Shown: positions 25,401 to 37,400 of the stretch, in pieces
Position numbering within the stretch: position 1 is the stretch's first letter
How the letters are laid out: each line of letters opens with the position of its first letter
From: Sphaerodactylus townsendi
Lineage: Eukaryota
Assembly (NCBI RefSeq): GCF_021028975.2
Contig: NC_059429.1
Span: forward strand, 139,314,001-139,378,000
Direction of reading: 5' to 3'
Length of the DNA: 64,000 nt
Position numbers and translations under genes: made by a program
The notes under the pieces: model-generated
Database searches by the model: none
Seen by the model: only the letters and a program-made list of their open reading frames with translations
What the model was told of the DNA's origin: nothing

Positions 25401-28400
25401 GCTCGACTGACTGACGCAAGGAAGCCCTTCTCTGCAGGAACACGAAGGATGTGCTCACGGACGCTGACTGCGAAGGCATCTTTCCACTTGTCTATGCTTC
25501 CAGCCGCCCCCTGGCTGTTGCTGCTGGTGAATTCTTGTACAAGAAGTGAGTGATCTTCCCTGCTTCCCCCCACCCACCCACCCACCCACCCACCCACCCC
25601 CAGTTGGCTGCAGCAGGCAGTTGTGCTTGAGTTCCCAGCCCCACTTGTCCTCCTGTCACTCAGTGCTGCCAAGGGTTCTGGCTTCTGCCCTCCCTTCCTG
25701 AAGATGGCAGTTTGCCTTGCAGGCTGTTGGCACCAGAAGCACCAGCTGGGGGAGAAGAGGAGCCCTGTGAGGGGGCGCGGGCCTTCCTGCGGCGGCTCCT
25801 TTCCTTCTTCATCGAGAGTGAGGTGAGAGGGGGCCGGCGATGTCCTGCCAGGCACCGAGGGGCTGGGGGGAGTCACGCGGGCCTTTGCTCTCCCTCGCTC
25901 TGCTCTCCGCCCTTAGTTCCACGACCACGCAGCCTACTTGGTGGACGGCTTGTGGGACTGCGCTGCCGCCCTGCTGAAGGACTGGCAGGCGCTGACGGGG
26001 CTGTTGCTGGAGGAGCCTCCTGCAGGGGGTGAGTGACTCAGGGGTGGCCTTACTTGCAGGGGGCTGGTTCTTCTGCTTGGGATGGCACATGTGTTTCTGT
26101 GGTACCAAGTCAGTGCTGGCAGCCGGCCCCTGCGGGCTCCGTCCAGTCGCACATACCCGAAGCAGATGGAAAACTGAACACCACTGAGAACTTTGCTGGT
26201 GGGCTCTGAGTGGAATTGGAGAACGGCGTTATTCAGGGAAGGGGCATGAATGTTCAACATCCCTGGGAGAGATCCCCGCCCCCCCCCCCCAAGTGCACGT
26301 TGTGGGCAGAGGGGGGAATCAAGATCTTGACTGTCCCAAGGTACTTTTGAGTCGAGGAAGGGAGGATCCCTGCCACGGCACAGAGAACCCCTCACAGAAA
26401 GGCTGGATGAGACTGCGTAGAGAAGGTCATGCAGGTGTTGGCTTTGTGGAATGGTTGCCCTCCATAGTGGAGCAGTGAGCCCACAAGGGGCTGTTCTCCC
26501 TTCACAGGTTTTGGTGACCAACAGGAAAGCACCCTCATTATGATCTTGGTGGCCAGCATACGGCAGGCTACGGAGGGACAGCCGCCTGTCGGCAGAATCT
26601 CTGCTAAAAAGGTAACAGAAAGAGGGTGGTCGCTGCCTCGTTCTGTCGTTGATCTGCTAGCCAGGGGGCATTCTCTCCTGCCTCTCTTCTGCTTGTCTGG
26701 CAGGGATTAACGGCCCAAGAGCGCAAGACGCAAGCAGAGGACCGCTTGAGACTCACCCAGTACTTCATCCCACTGCTTCCCCAGTTGTTGGCCAAGGTAA
26801 GCCCAACTGGAGATGGCCAAGGGGGTGGAGGCCAGGCGGTGGTGGAGACAGACTCAGGGGCTTTGCTTGGCAAACATACTGTTCTCCCGCACCAGCTGGG
26901 CAAGAGGGAGCATACAGATGTTAAATAATATTGGAAAGAGGGAGAGAGACCCCTTGTGCCAAGGAACAGCATGGTGATGACCTGCTGCTATGCTCTGTCC
27001 CCAACCCCAGGGAAAGGAGACCAGCCACTGTAAGGCTGCCCCTTGTATACCAGCGTTGGCAAGGCAGCGAGACAGAAGCTCACGTTGTCAGGCCAAGAAG
27101 TCCCAGCAGTGCTGGCCTGCCTTGGTCCAGTCGCCTCCAGCCGCCATCTGCGAGAGCGACCAAAGCGGTCCCATCCCTGTGGCCACATCAGAAGCTGGGT
27201 TGGAATGGACCCGGCACCAGCGCGTCCTTCAGGACTGCCCGAAGCTGTTCAGCCAAATGCAGAGCTGGGCTGTTTATTCTCTGGATCCAAAGGATCCAGC
27301 AACGGGTTTTTCAAGGTTAGATGTGCCACCTCTTCTTTTGGGGCCCCTGGAAAGACCCTTGAACTCAGGGACAAATTTATAATGCCCCACCGGAGTCCCT
27401 GAACTCACCGCCACTGCTGGCTGCCACCAGCCATGATGAGCCCGGATGAAAGGGGAACCTGGTCGTCTCACAGCATCCGTCTGGGAGAGATGGCTGGATG
27501 GGTCCGTTTGTGAGGGTGCTCAGTGGCCGAATAAGCCTAAATGATGGTGTCGGGCGAGAACTTGCAGATGTGATGGGGACCGTCTGGATGTTCTTCTTGG
27601 CAGCCTCCATTGGCCCCTCACACAACCTCATAGCTGACCTAGAAGATATTCTTTCTGCGTTGTCACAAGTCTTTCTAGAAATTTGCTCTAGTCAGTTGAG
27701 TTCCCGCTTCTTCCTTTGTAGCTCCAAGGCTGACCAGGGAGCTAGTTTGGAGTGGGGATGGAGAGTGCGCTGGGCGGGATCCTGTTAGTGGCACCAGCAA
27801 GGTTGCAGCAGTTCATCTAAGGCATTTCAGGGAGCCCTCGGATCTCACAGAGCGTTCTGGAAACCAGTTGGATCCATGAATCTCTGTGGGTGAGCCAGAT
27901 CTGCCCTCCACCTACACGGGGAGGGGCTGGAGCCCTCAGTGGGCCTCCAGAGCAAAAGGGTCCAACCCTCGCACTGTATCAACAGGAGTCGTACCAATAT
28001 CCGCCCCCAGGCCAAAGGTCAAGTCCAGGGTGTGGCTTGCTTCGTATGTTGGACCTGATGCAAATGGAGAGCGTCCCAGAGCTGCCATTAAGAACAACAG
28101 GCCCACATGGGCCTGTGTGGATATTAAAGTCCCCCGGGACTATTTGCCCAGAGAACTCCAAGGCCCAAACGGACACCACCTCCAGGAGGCTCAGCTGGGT
28201 GTCAGCTGGTGCGTTAGGAGGATGGCCCACCAGCCAGAACGCCAGAACCTCTTCCGTGTCCCAGACCAAAGCAGTCAACCACTGGTGTCTTTAGGACGGG
28301 GAGTTCCCTAACGGAGAAAGACTCCCAGATGAGCAATGCCGCCCATCCCCCGGCAGCCCTTTGTCTGTGACTGATCAGGGGCCAAGAAACCTGGGGGAGC

Positions 28401-31400
28401 GAGTACTTTCATGGTTCTCTCCCTTAACATGCACCCCCACCCCCCAAGCAGACAGAGCGGCAAAAAGGGAAAGGGCTTTGTCCAGGTATCCTGTGTCCAC
28501 CAGCCTCGCGCTTCTTTCTCAAGTGCAGCAGTGTGAGAGCCCCGTGTGTCCATGTGGCTCAGCCGGATGGATGCCCCAGAAGGCCTAACGGAGGGGTGGC
28601 TAATTCAGGTTCAGAGTTCACCTAGGACTGCCGGTAGGAAAATGCAGATGTGGAATAGACCGCAGCTGGCAGGCAGACGGCAGTCACTAGAACTGCTGCT
28701 CCCTGGTGTGGTGAAAAGCCTCAGGGCGTGGTCTCTCCGAGGGGTCCGCAGGCAAAGCTGAAGGCTTTAGACAAACACACAAGTCTCCCTTCTGGATCCT
28801 AGGCTGTTCCACCTTCAGACTGTACAGGGCTGCTCTTTCTTGTGGCCGGAGTGGATTTGATTAAATCACTAGTCAGTAATACTTGATTTAAATCATGGTT
28901 TTCTACACGCTTTTATGATCTGCTGCCATGATAGGTTTTCTCCTCCAGGGCGAGAATGATGTGATAAATCTCAGGCTATACACACACGAAGATCCCAAGA
29001 CTTGCAGAGTATTCTGCTCAAAAGGTTTCCCTTTCATCTTTACTGCTTGCTCCTCACACTTAGGTCCTCCTTGCGTAGATCTACTCCACATGAAACTGCC
29101 TTCTATTCAATTAACTTCTTGAAACTTAGCGCTTAGGAGTTCAGGGCTGATTCTGTGCACGTAGATTGCAAGGGGGCAGCGGGACTAAGGTCTTTTTCTC
29201 AGCTCCGCAGGTTACTTCGTAACGCTTTTGCTTGGAACTGAAGGTTATCTCTGCAGACGCATATTCAGAATTTTGTGAAATGCACTTGTAATAATATCTT
29301 CCAGGCATAAGAGTTGTATGGCAATTGTGAATGGACTGATGGAACTCAGTGACCCCAAAATGTAAACTTTGAATGAATGTATAGCCTTATGCTATTTAAT
29401 TAAGAACTGATCCTTGTTTCATGATGAATAATCTTTGGACTTCAATGTATCTTAAAGAGAAAACTATCTTTAGGTAGATTGTACCTGAAATAGCATTTTA
29501 TTTTTTAAAAAATCTGATTTATATAAAAAACCATGTTTTTATTTTTTAGGAAAAAATCATTGATTTTTATCCACCTTGTTTGTGGCCCTGGAGTTCTCCC
29601 TTGAAATGTTTTTTCATCAGTTTTCCCATTCAGTTGGTGATTCCATTGATGTTCTGTAATAAGACCTTCCCTTTGGGGAGGCTGTTTTCTCTCAGTTTTA
29701 TAGCTCTTCTGATTTCCATTCAGCTATAAAACCAGGCTATAAAACTGACACGCCTGCTTTTGAGTCTTCTTTTTCCTTTCCTTCCATTTTAAATTATGAG
29801 GCATTAAAGAAAAGTTTTTTCCCTCACCCAAAAAATTGTTACGTTGACTGCAGGAACCAAACTCCTCTTAATTATTAAGACTGATGATCTTGCCCTGATA
29901 AAGCAGGGGGAGGGGAGGAGGTAGGCGTGCTTCAAGTCCAACTATTCCTATGCAGTGGAGTGTTGTGGGGTTTCCGGGCTGCATGGCCGTGTTCCAGTAG
30001 CATTTTCTCCTGATGTTTTGCCTGCATCTGTGCCTGGCATCTTTAGAGTGGGTCAAAGATCCATACAACCCGGAAACATCACAACACTGCAGTGATTTCG
30101 TCCGTGAAAGCCCTCGACAATATATTCTTATGCAATTGCTTGCCAAAATATCCAGCCATGAGCTCTCAACTCTCGGGTGAGATTCAAAAGCCTTCATTTT
30201 TACCTCTTTACCCACGAGGAGAGCTGCTTCTGGCCCCATCTCTCAACCTACCCCACGGAAGTTCAACTGGTGATTTATAGCCAGCAATTGTAAATTCAGT
30301 TCCTCGGCCCAGCTCCATCCACTGGAAGTCCCTCACATGCCTGCCTCTTCGTCACACACAGAGCTGCCCAGAAGTGGATGCACGCTCCACATTTGCGTTA
30401 CTCGGATGTAGAACTCTGCCCTTGTCCTTGTTGAACGGCACCTTGTGTCCATCTGCCCACTTTCCCAGCATGTTCAGATCTCTGGTTCTGGTGGGTTTTC
30501 CGGGCTGTGTGGCCGTGGTCTGGTGGATCTTGTTCCTAACGTTTCCCCTGCATCTGTGGCTGGTGTATCACAGAGGAAAGTCTGTTTCACACTGTGTCTA
30601 AATGAGAAGGGAAAGTTTAGTGTGGTATATTGTCCATTTCCCAATGATTGGTTCCCCACCCTGGAACATGGACAATATACCACACTAAACTTTCCCTTCT
30701 CACTTAGACACAATGTGAAACAGACTTTTCTCGGTGATACACCTCTGAAGATGCCAGCTACAGATGCAGGCGAAATGTTAGGAACAAAATCCACCAGACC
30801 ACGGCCACACAGCCCGGAAAACCCACCAGAACCAGTTGAATCCGGCCGTGAAAGCCTTCAACAACACATTGTTCAGATCTCATTGAGTTCTGGTGCGTTC
30901 ACTGGTGCTGCTCCTCCCAATTGGGTGCCATCTGCAGATGTAGTGAGCAGGGCTTCCACCTCCCTCAACCAGGTAATTTATAAAAATATTGAAAAGTCCT
31001 GGGCCCAGATCCGAACCACTGGACACCTCCCTCCAATCAGACGACTGCTTTTCGGGTGAGCTCCTCCCACCAGCTCCCTGCCCATCTCGCCTAGAGTCGG
31101 TTCAGCATTCCTGCGTTCGGTTTCTGCCCGTTGCTGGCTGTGGGTGGCAGCCGCTGAGAGTCTCTCCCGTCTGTTCCCTCCTGGCAGTTCTCTGCTGATG
31201 TGGAGAAGGTGGTGCCTTTGCTGGAGGCCCCGCGCTACTTTGACCTGCGGCTGTACAGCACTGGCCGCCTGGAGAAGGTAAGGGTGGGGATGGGTGCCTG
31301 TTCGCTTTCCCTGGCCCTCTGAGGGAGTCTCCCCAGCCGTGCCCTCTGACGGTGCCGCTTGTCTCCCTCTCTCCCGGCCCCTGAAGTATCTGGAGCTGCT

Positions 31401-34400
31401 GGTGGCCCAGCTCTGGGGTGTGGTTGAAAAGCACACGGGCAAGGAAGTGCTGGAGGCGGCTGCCAGGACCCTGTCTGCTCTTTGCCATCCGGAATTTGCC
31501 TTTCACACGCGGGTGGATTCTGCCCGCAGCCGCTTCGTGGACTACCTTGCTGACAAATTCCAGCATGAGCTTACTGAGCTGCTCCAGGTATTAAGAGCTG
31601 TTCATGAGTGGCACTTGAGGGTTCTGGGTGGATCTGGGGGCGGGGGGGCTGTTCCCATTTCTGTGTGCAAGAACAAAGATCCCACGGGGCCATTACCAAG
31701 GGGCACTGAAGAAGGACAAGAGTCGGGGCTTTACAACGCCGGGAAAGTGCGGATGTACTTGGGAGAACGTGGTTGGTGAGTGAAGTGGCTGGTAGTGGCT
31801 TGGACCCAGGCCATTCCCGCTGCTGGGAGGCATTTCTGTCCGTGGAGGCCAACCTTTCCAACTCCCCCCCTCCCCTGCAAGCTGAGTGCCTCCCCGGCAA
31901 TATTTCGGGGGGTGGTTTGGGCTGCAGTGAGGAGACGGGGAGAGCAGTGTTTTGCAGCAGGCAACGGTTTCCATCTGCAGACATCCTCAATTCAGTCACC
32001 GAGTACAGTATCCTTGCCTTGCGCTTTTCTTTAGACTGAGGATGGCTGAAGAGCTTCTGCTAATAGGACATTTAAACTGTGAAAGGCACTGTCCGTGGGC
32101 GTGGCAGTGGAGGTGGTGGCTAATGTGGACAGTTCTTAAAAGGCCGTGAAGACTCGGGTTCTTTAATGGCTGCTGGGCAGGGATTGCTCAAGGGAACTTC
32201 CCTGTCGGGCAGAGGCAGCTCCAGGGAACGCCTTGGACTTCCTGACCTCCTTATGGGTGCTCCGGGGTTGCTGGACTTGAGGGGCCCCCAGTGCTCTGAC
32301 CCAGCAGGGGGTGCTGCCCTCTGTCTCCACCCGCATCCCTGCCTGACGCCCACCTCTTCCTATTCAGGCCTCGCTTGTGGAGGAAGACGATACCTACAGT
32401 CTGGCTGCCACTCTTAAGCGCATCGCTGCCTTCCACAAGTGAGTCTGAGATGGGGAAGGTGAGCTCAGAGACCACCACCGACCCACAGGTGGTGCGGTTC
32501 TGGGTGCGGTCGTGCATCCCAGTTCTGACCCATAAACTCTCCATTCTGGGCTGGCTGCTTGCACATACACACCGCAGGAATTCAGGCCTCTCCGCCAGTT
32601 TTGGGTGGGCTGAAAGGAACGTGTTGCCCCTCTGGTGACTGCCCTCTGCTGTTGCACGCAGCTCTCACGACCTGACGCCATGGGGCTTCTTTGAGCCCTC
32701 CGCCCGCCTCCTACGCCACGCAGTGGACACAGGCGAGGTCCCCAGACAGGTACGGGGGTGTTGAGAGGAGGAGTGCGGTTTGGACCTGGGGACAGTTCTG
32801 ATGGGCTCCTTGGTGTGGTGGTTCTGTTGCGTGATTGCGGTGCCTGAAGGTCTCCCTGTTGCTGTGCTGGACAGTCTTGCAGCTGCAGAGCAGGCGCTAT
32901 GCTCTCTCTCCCCCCACCCCCCAAGCCCCCTTCCTCGGGCATCCCGTGGGGCTCCTGGAGAGGAGGGCCTTCTCCCCCTGCCTGACCTTGATATGGGGAC
33001 GGGGGAGAGATCTGTTTCCGTGTCCTCCTGTATCTTTGCTGCAGGTGGTTCTTCCGGCCATGGCCTGCTCACACTTCTCGCTCCTCTGGGAACTGGCCCA
33101 CTTGCCCCATCTGGCCTCTTCTGGGCCTCATCCCAGCCAGGTAAGCAGCGCTCTGGGGCCTCTGGGCGCCTCCCCTTTGGGCCCGATCCTCACTCCGGCC
33201 ACCCTCTGCAGGCACAGGTGCTTACCCTGAAGGAGAAAGTGGCGTCGTTTTGCTCCCTCTGCCAAAGCTGCCTTGCGGACAACGATCCCAGCATCCAGGA
33301 GCAGGTGAGGCCTCGTTGGCCCGCTTTGTGAATCTGCGTCACGGGGGGAGCTTTCACAGGAGGTCGTCTCCAGCATTCCTTCCCCGCAGGGATGCCTCCT
33401 GGCTCCTTTTGGGGCGGGGCAGCTCCCCCAGCAACCAGGCAGCAGTGCCGCGAGGCTTTGAAGACCGGCCAGCCTGATGTGGCTCAATCACAAGCCAGGG
33501 GAGGGAGGCACGGTTGTGTGACGACCTCCTCCGCAGGAAGGTGCCCGTGGCCCCCTCGCTTCCCCTCTTCAGGAGGCAACGGAAGGGGGCTTTATTTAGG
33601 ACTGCACTGAATTAAATAAGTCCTGCGTTGAGCTTTCAAATAATAACCATTTTACAGTTATTACATAACCTATGTGAAGTACTTTATTAACATTGTCAGC
33701 TGCCTTGAATTCTGTAAGGAAAAAAAGCATCCAAGAAATATTGTAAACAATGATGATCATATACATTGAAAACAGAGAGGGCTGGTGGGAATGAAAACCA
33801 CCGTGCTGAGCAGTCTCAGTGATTGCTGTACAGAGCTCACAAAATACTGAGCGTTGGCACCTGACCTGTCCCAGGGCAGCCTATCACAGTGGTCCATGCA
33901 ACAGCCACCTGTAGGCTGGACAGCCGCAACTCTCGCTGTGCAGGGCTGCCTTTGGGCTTATTCCAGCTGGCATGGAGTGCGGCACAGAGGCTCCTTCCGG
34001 GGGCCCTCGTGGCAGGCACATGTTCAGCTGGTACCTGGCACGGGCTCTGGACCCAGCTCTTCTTCTGAGGACTCCTCACAGTCCTGAGGCTGATCCGTGA
34101 CACACCAACTGTGGTTTGGCCTGCCCCTCCCGCACACCTGTGGCCGAGACCACATTTGTTCCTGAGAGACGCTCTGGCTTTGTTTCTCTTTGCTCTAACA
34201 CAGCTGTGGTGACACATCAGGGAGCTCTTGGTGATTCAAGGCAGATGCATGACTGGGTATTAACAGCCAGCAGGGGGAGGCCCTGAGCAGGAGCGAAAGG
34301 CTTGGCATCATGCAGAGGAGCCCAGGAGTTGGGGGGGGAGGGGGGGGGGCTCCCTGGAAAAGGCTTGAGCAAGAAGCAGGGGCATCCTAGGCAAAGAGAC

Positions 34401-37400
34401 TGGGGATCCCTGTGTGGGGTGGGCAGGCCCCTCTGGCTTTCAGCTGGGCTGGTTCCTCGAAGACCTTGGATCTCACCTCCCTTGTGCTTCTCTTCACAGT
34501 GATCCCTGTGAGCCAGTTTACACTGGGAAAGGTTTGTGGCCCCAGGCGAGTGGGGTGGCTGAGCCTAGGTGTGAGCCTGGGCGCCCTCAGTCCTAGTGCA
34601 GTCCTCCCTTCCCCTCGCTGCCGCAGTGTCTGGTTGTTGATGCGTTCCTCTGCCTCCCCCGTGGGGCGCTCCCCTCTGGTTCCAGGCCTTTGTGCTGCTG
34701 AGCGACCTGCTCCTGGTCTTCGGCCCGCAGCTGACGCGAGGGGGGGAGGGCCAGGAGGCGCTGCAGCCCTTGGTGTATCAGGCGGAGGCTGCTCTGCAGT
34801 CCCAACTGGCCGGCTTCCTTGTGGACCACGTCTTCAGCCACCCCCTGGCTTCCGAGATGGGTGGGTATCACCCTGGGGGTGGGGGGTGGCCATGGGTGGT
34901 GGGGCTGCCTGGGGGAGGAGGCTACTGGGAGGGCAGGCCTGACCTTCCCTGGCCTTTTGCCTCAGGGGACGAGGAGCTCCAGATTGAGCAGCTGCACCAG
35001 CGCCGCCGCCTCCTGGCCGGGTTCTGCAAACTCATTGTCTATGGAGTGGTGGAGCTCAGCGCCGCATCGGACGTCTTCAAGCACTACTCCAGGGTCTGTG
35101 CGGGGCAGAGGAGCCTGGCGGTGGCGGCGGCGGCCGTGCTCCAGTGGCTGGGGGAGGGGAGCTCGGCAGGCGCCCTTGTGGGAGGTGGGAGCAGCTTAGG
35201 AAGCCCCCTCAGTGGGGCACCTCCTGCCTGGCCAGCACTATGGATGGATCGGCTTTGGTGTCCACCGTCACCCCGGATGGGCGTGGGGTTTGCATTCAGC
35301 AGCGCCCCTTCCGGGCCCTTCTCATTGTTCTGTCGCCCACCAGTTCTACGGTGACTACGGAGACATCATCAAGGAGATGCTGAATCGGGCCCGTCAGATT
35401 GACCGGACCGAGTGGGCCCACACGCTGCTTCTCAGCCTGCAGCAGGTACCGGCGAAGAGTGGAGGCAGGCCAGGGAGGCGCCGGGGGGGGGGGGGGGGGG
35501 GGGCTAAAATCAGCCCTGTGAAAATGAGTGCTGGGCCTTAGAGAGGCAGGTAAAGTCATGCTTGGTGTGGAGGAAATGGGATGGAGCCGTGTTCCCTCTC
35601 CCAGAATATTAGAAGAAGAAGAGGAGGAGGAGTTTGGATTCATGCTCTGGCTTCCTCTCCTGTAAGGAGGCTCCAGGTGGCTGACAAGCTCTTTTCCCTT
35701 CCTTTCCCCGCAACAGAGGCCTTGTGAGGTAGGTGGGGCTGAGAGAGTCCCAAAGAACTGTGACTAGCCCAAGGTCACCCAGCAGGAATATAGGAGTGCA
35801 GAAACACATCTGGTATACCAGATAAGCCTCAGCCACTCAGGTGGAGGAGGAGTGGTGATCAAACCCAGTTTTCCAGATTAGAATCTACCTGCTCTTAACC
35901 ACGACACTTAAGCCTGGCTCTCCCTGGGTGCACCCAGTAAAGCTGATAGGCAGTAAAATCTGGGAGAGTTAAAAAGAAGCGCTTCTTTGCAGTCTACAGT
36001 AATTGTGAGTTGCAAAAGGGCTTAGGTGACTTTAAAAGGGAATTAGACAAATTCATCAAAGAAGATGGGTGTACCAAAAGTTATGAGGGATGCTTGTGTG
36101 GAACATCTGTGTTCAGTGATAGTCTACCTCAGTAGCAGTGGTTGGAGGCAATGGCGGAAGAGCATAGTCTTCACATGTGGGGGCGCTGAGAGTGCTAAAC
36201 AGGGCCTTGATGGCTGCTAGAACGGAGCTCTCCTGGGAGGCAGAAGTGGCTCTCTTCCACTCTGGGCACCAAGCTCCCCTTCCTGCTCCCTCGCTCTGCT
36301 GGGAGGGGACACAGATGATGATGAAGAAGAAGACTTTATTTACAGTCAATGACCAAATAGGGACACAGATGGGGGACCACTGTTGTCCCTGCTGGTGGGA
36401 CCAGCCCTCCCCAGTGCCTTCTCCTTCCTTTGCCAAGGGCAGCTCATTTAGTGAATGTCTAAGCTATTTTCCTGTGCAGGAATTCTCAAGGTAGCTTTAT
36501 AATTGTAACGGGTTGTTACTCTGGTCATCAGTCAAGACTCAGGAAGGTTTCAAGAGCTGTATTGGAACCGTGTCATCCCAAGGCACAGGTGGCCGAAACT
36601 GAAGTTTGACTGGCCTTGGCATATACCTGGCAGTTACAGAAAGGTTCAGCCCATGATCCCCTTGCATTCCCATGATGTCAGCATTTGAAAGGACGGTGGG
36701 AATAGCGGCGTTGTTTGGGACAGGCAGTTCACTCCCTCGAAGAAGGCGGATAAGAATGAACGGGAATTTCTGCTGACCAGGTTTGCACAAGCAGGGGGAG
36801 GCCTCCTGAGCCTGGGGCGATGACAATGGCAAGGACATCTGTGGCCTTGGAGTGGACGTGCTGGCTGCCAGGCCAGGAATGGCGCAGGCCTGACCATAGG
36901 TTTATTTATTTTGAAGTCTACAAAATTATGCATGGGGTAGAAAATGTTGACAGAGAGAAATTTTTCTCTCTTTCCCCCAATACTAGAACCAGGGGACATT
37001 CATTGAAAATGCTGGGGGGAAGAATTAGGACTAATAAAAGGAAACACTTCTTCACGCAACGTGTGATTGGTGTTTGGAATATGCTGCCACAGGAGGTGGT
37101 GATGGCCACTAACCTGGATAGCTTTCAAAGGGGCTTGGACAGATTTATGGAGGAGAAGTCGATCTATGGCTACCAATCTTGATCCTCCTTGATCACAAGA
37201 GTTACCGCAAATGCCTTTAACAGACCAGGGTGATGGGAACCCAACAACGTTTCCAAGAAGGCCATTGCGTTCACATCCTACATGTGAGCTCCCAAAGGCA
37301 CCTGGTGGGCCACTGCGAGTAGCAGAGAGCTGGACTAGATGGACTCTGGTCTGATCCAGCTGGCTTGTTCTTATGTTCTTATGTTCTTATGATGCTTACA

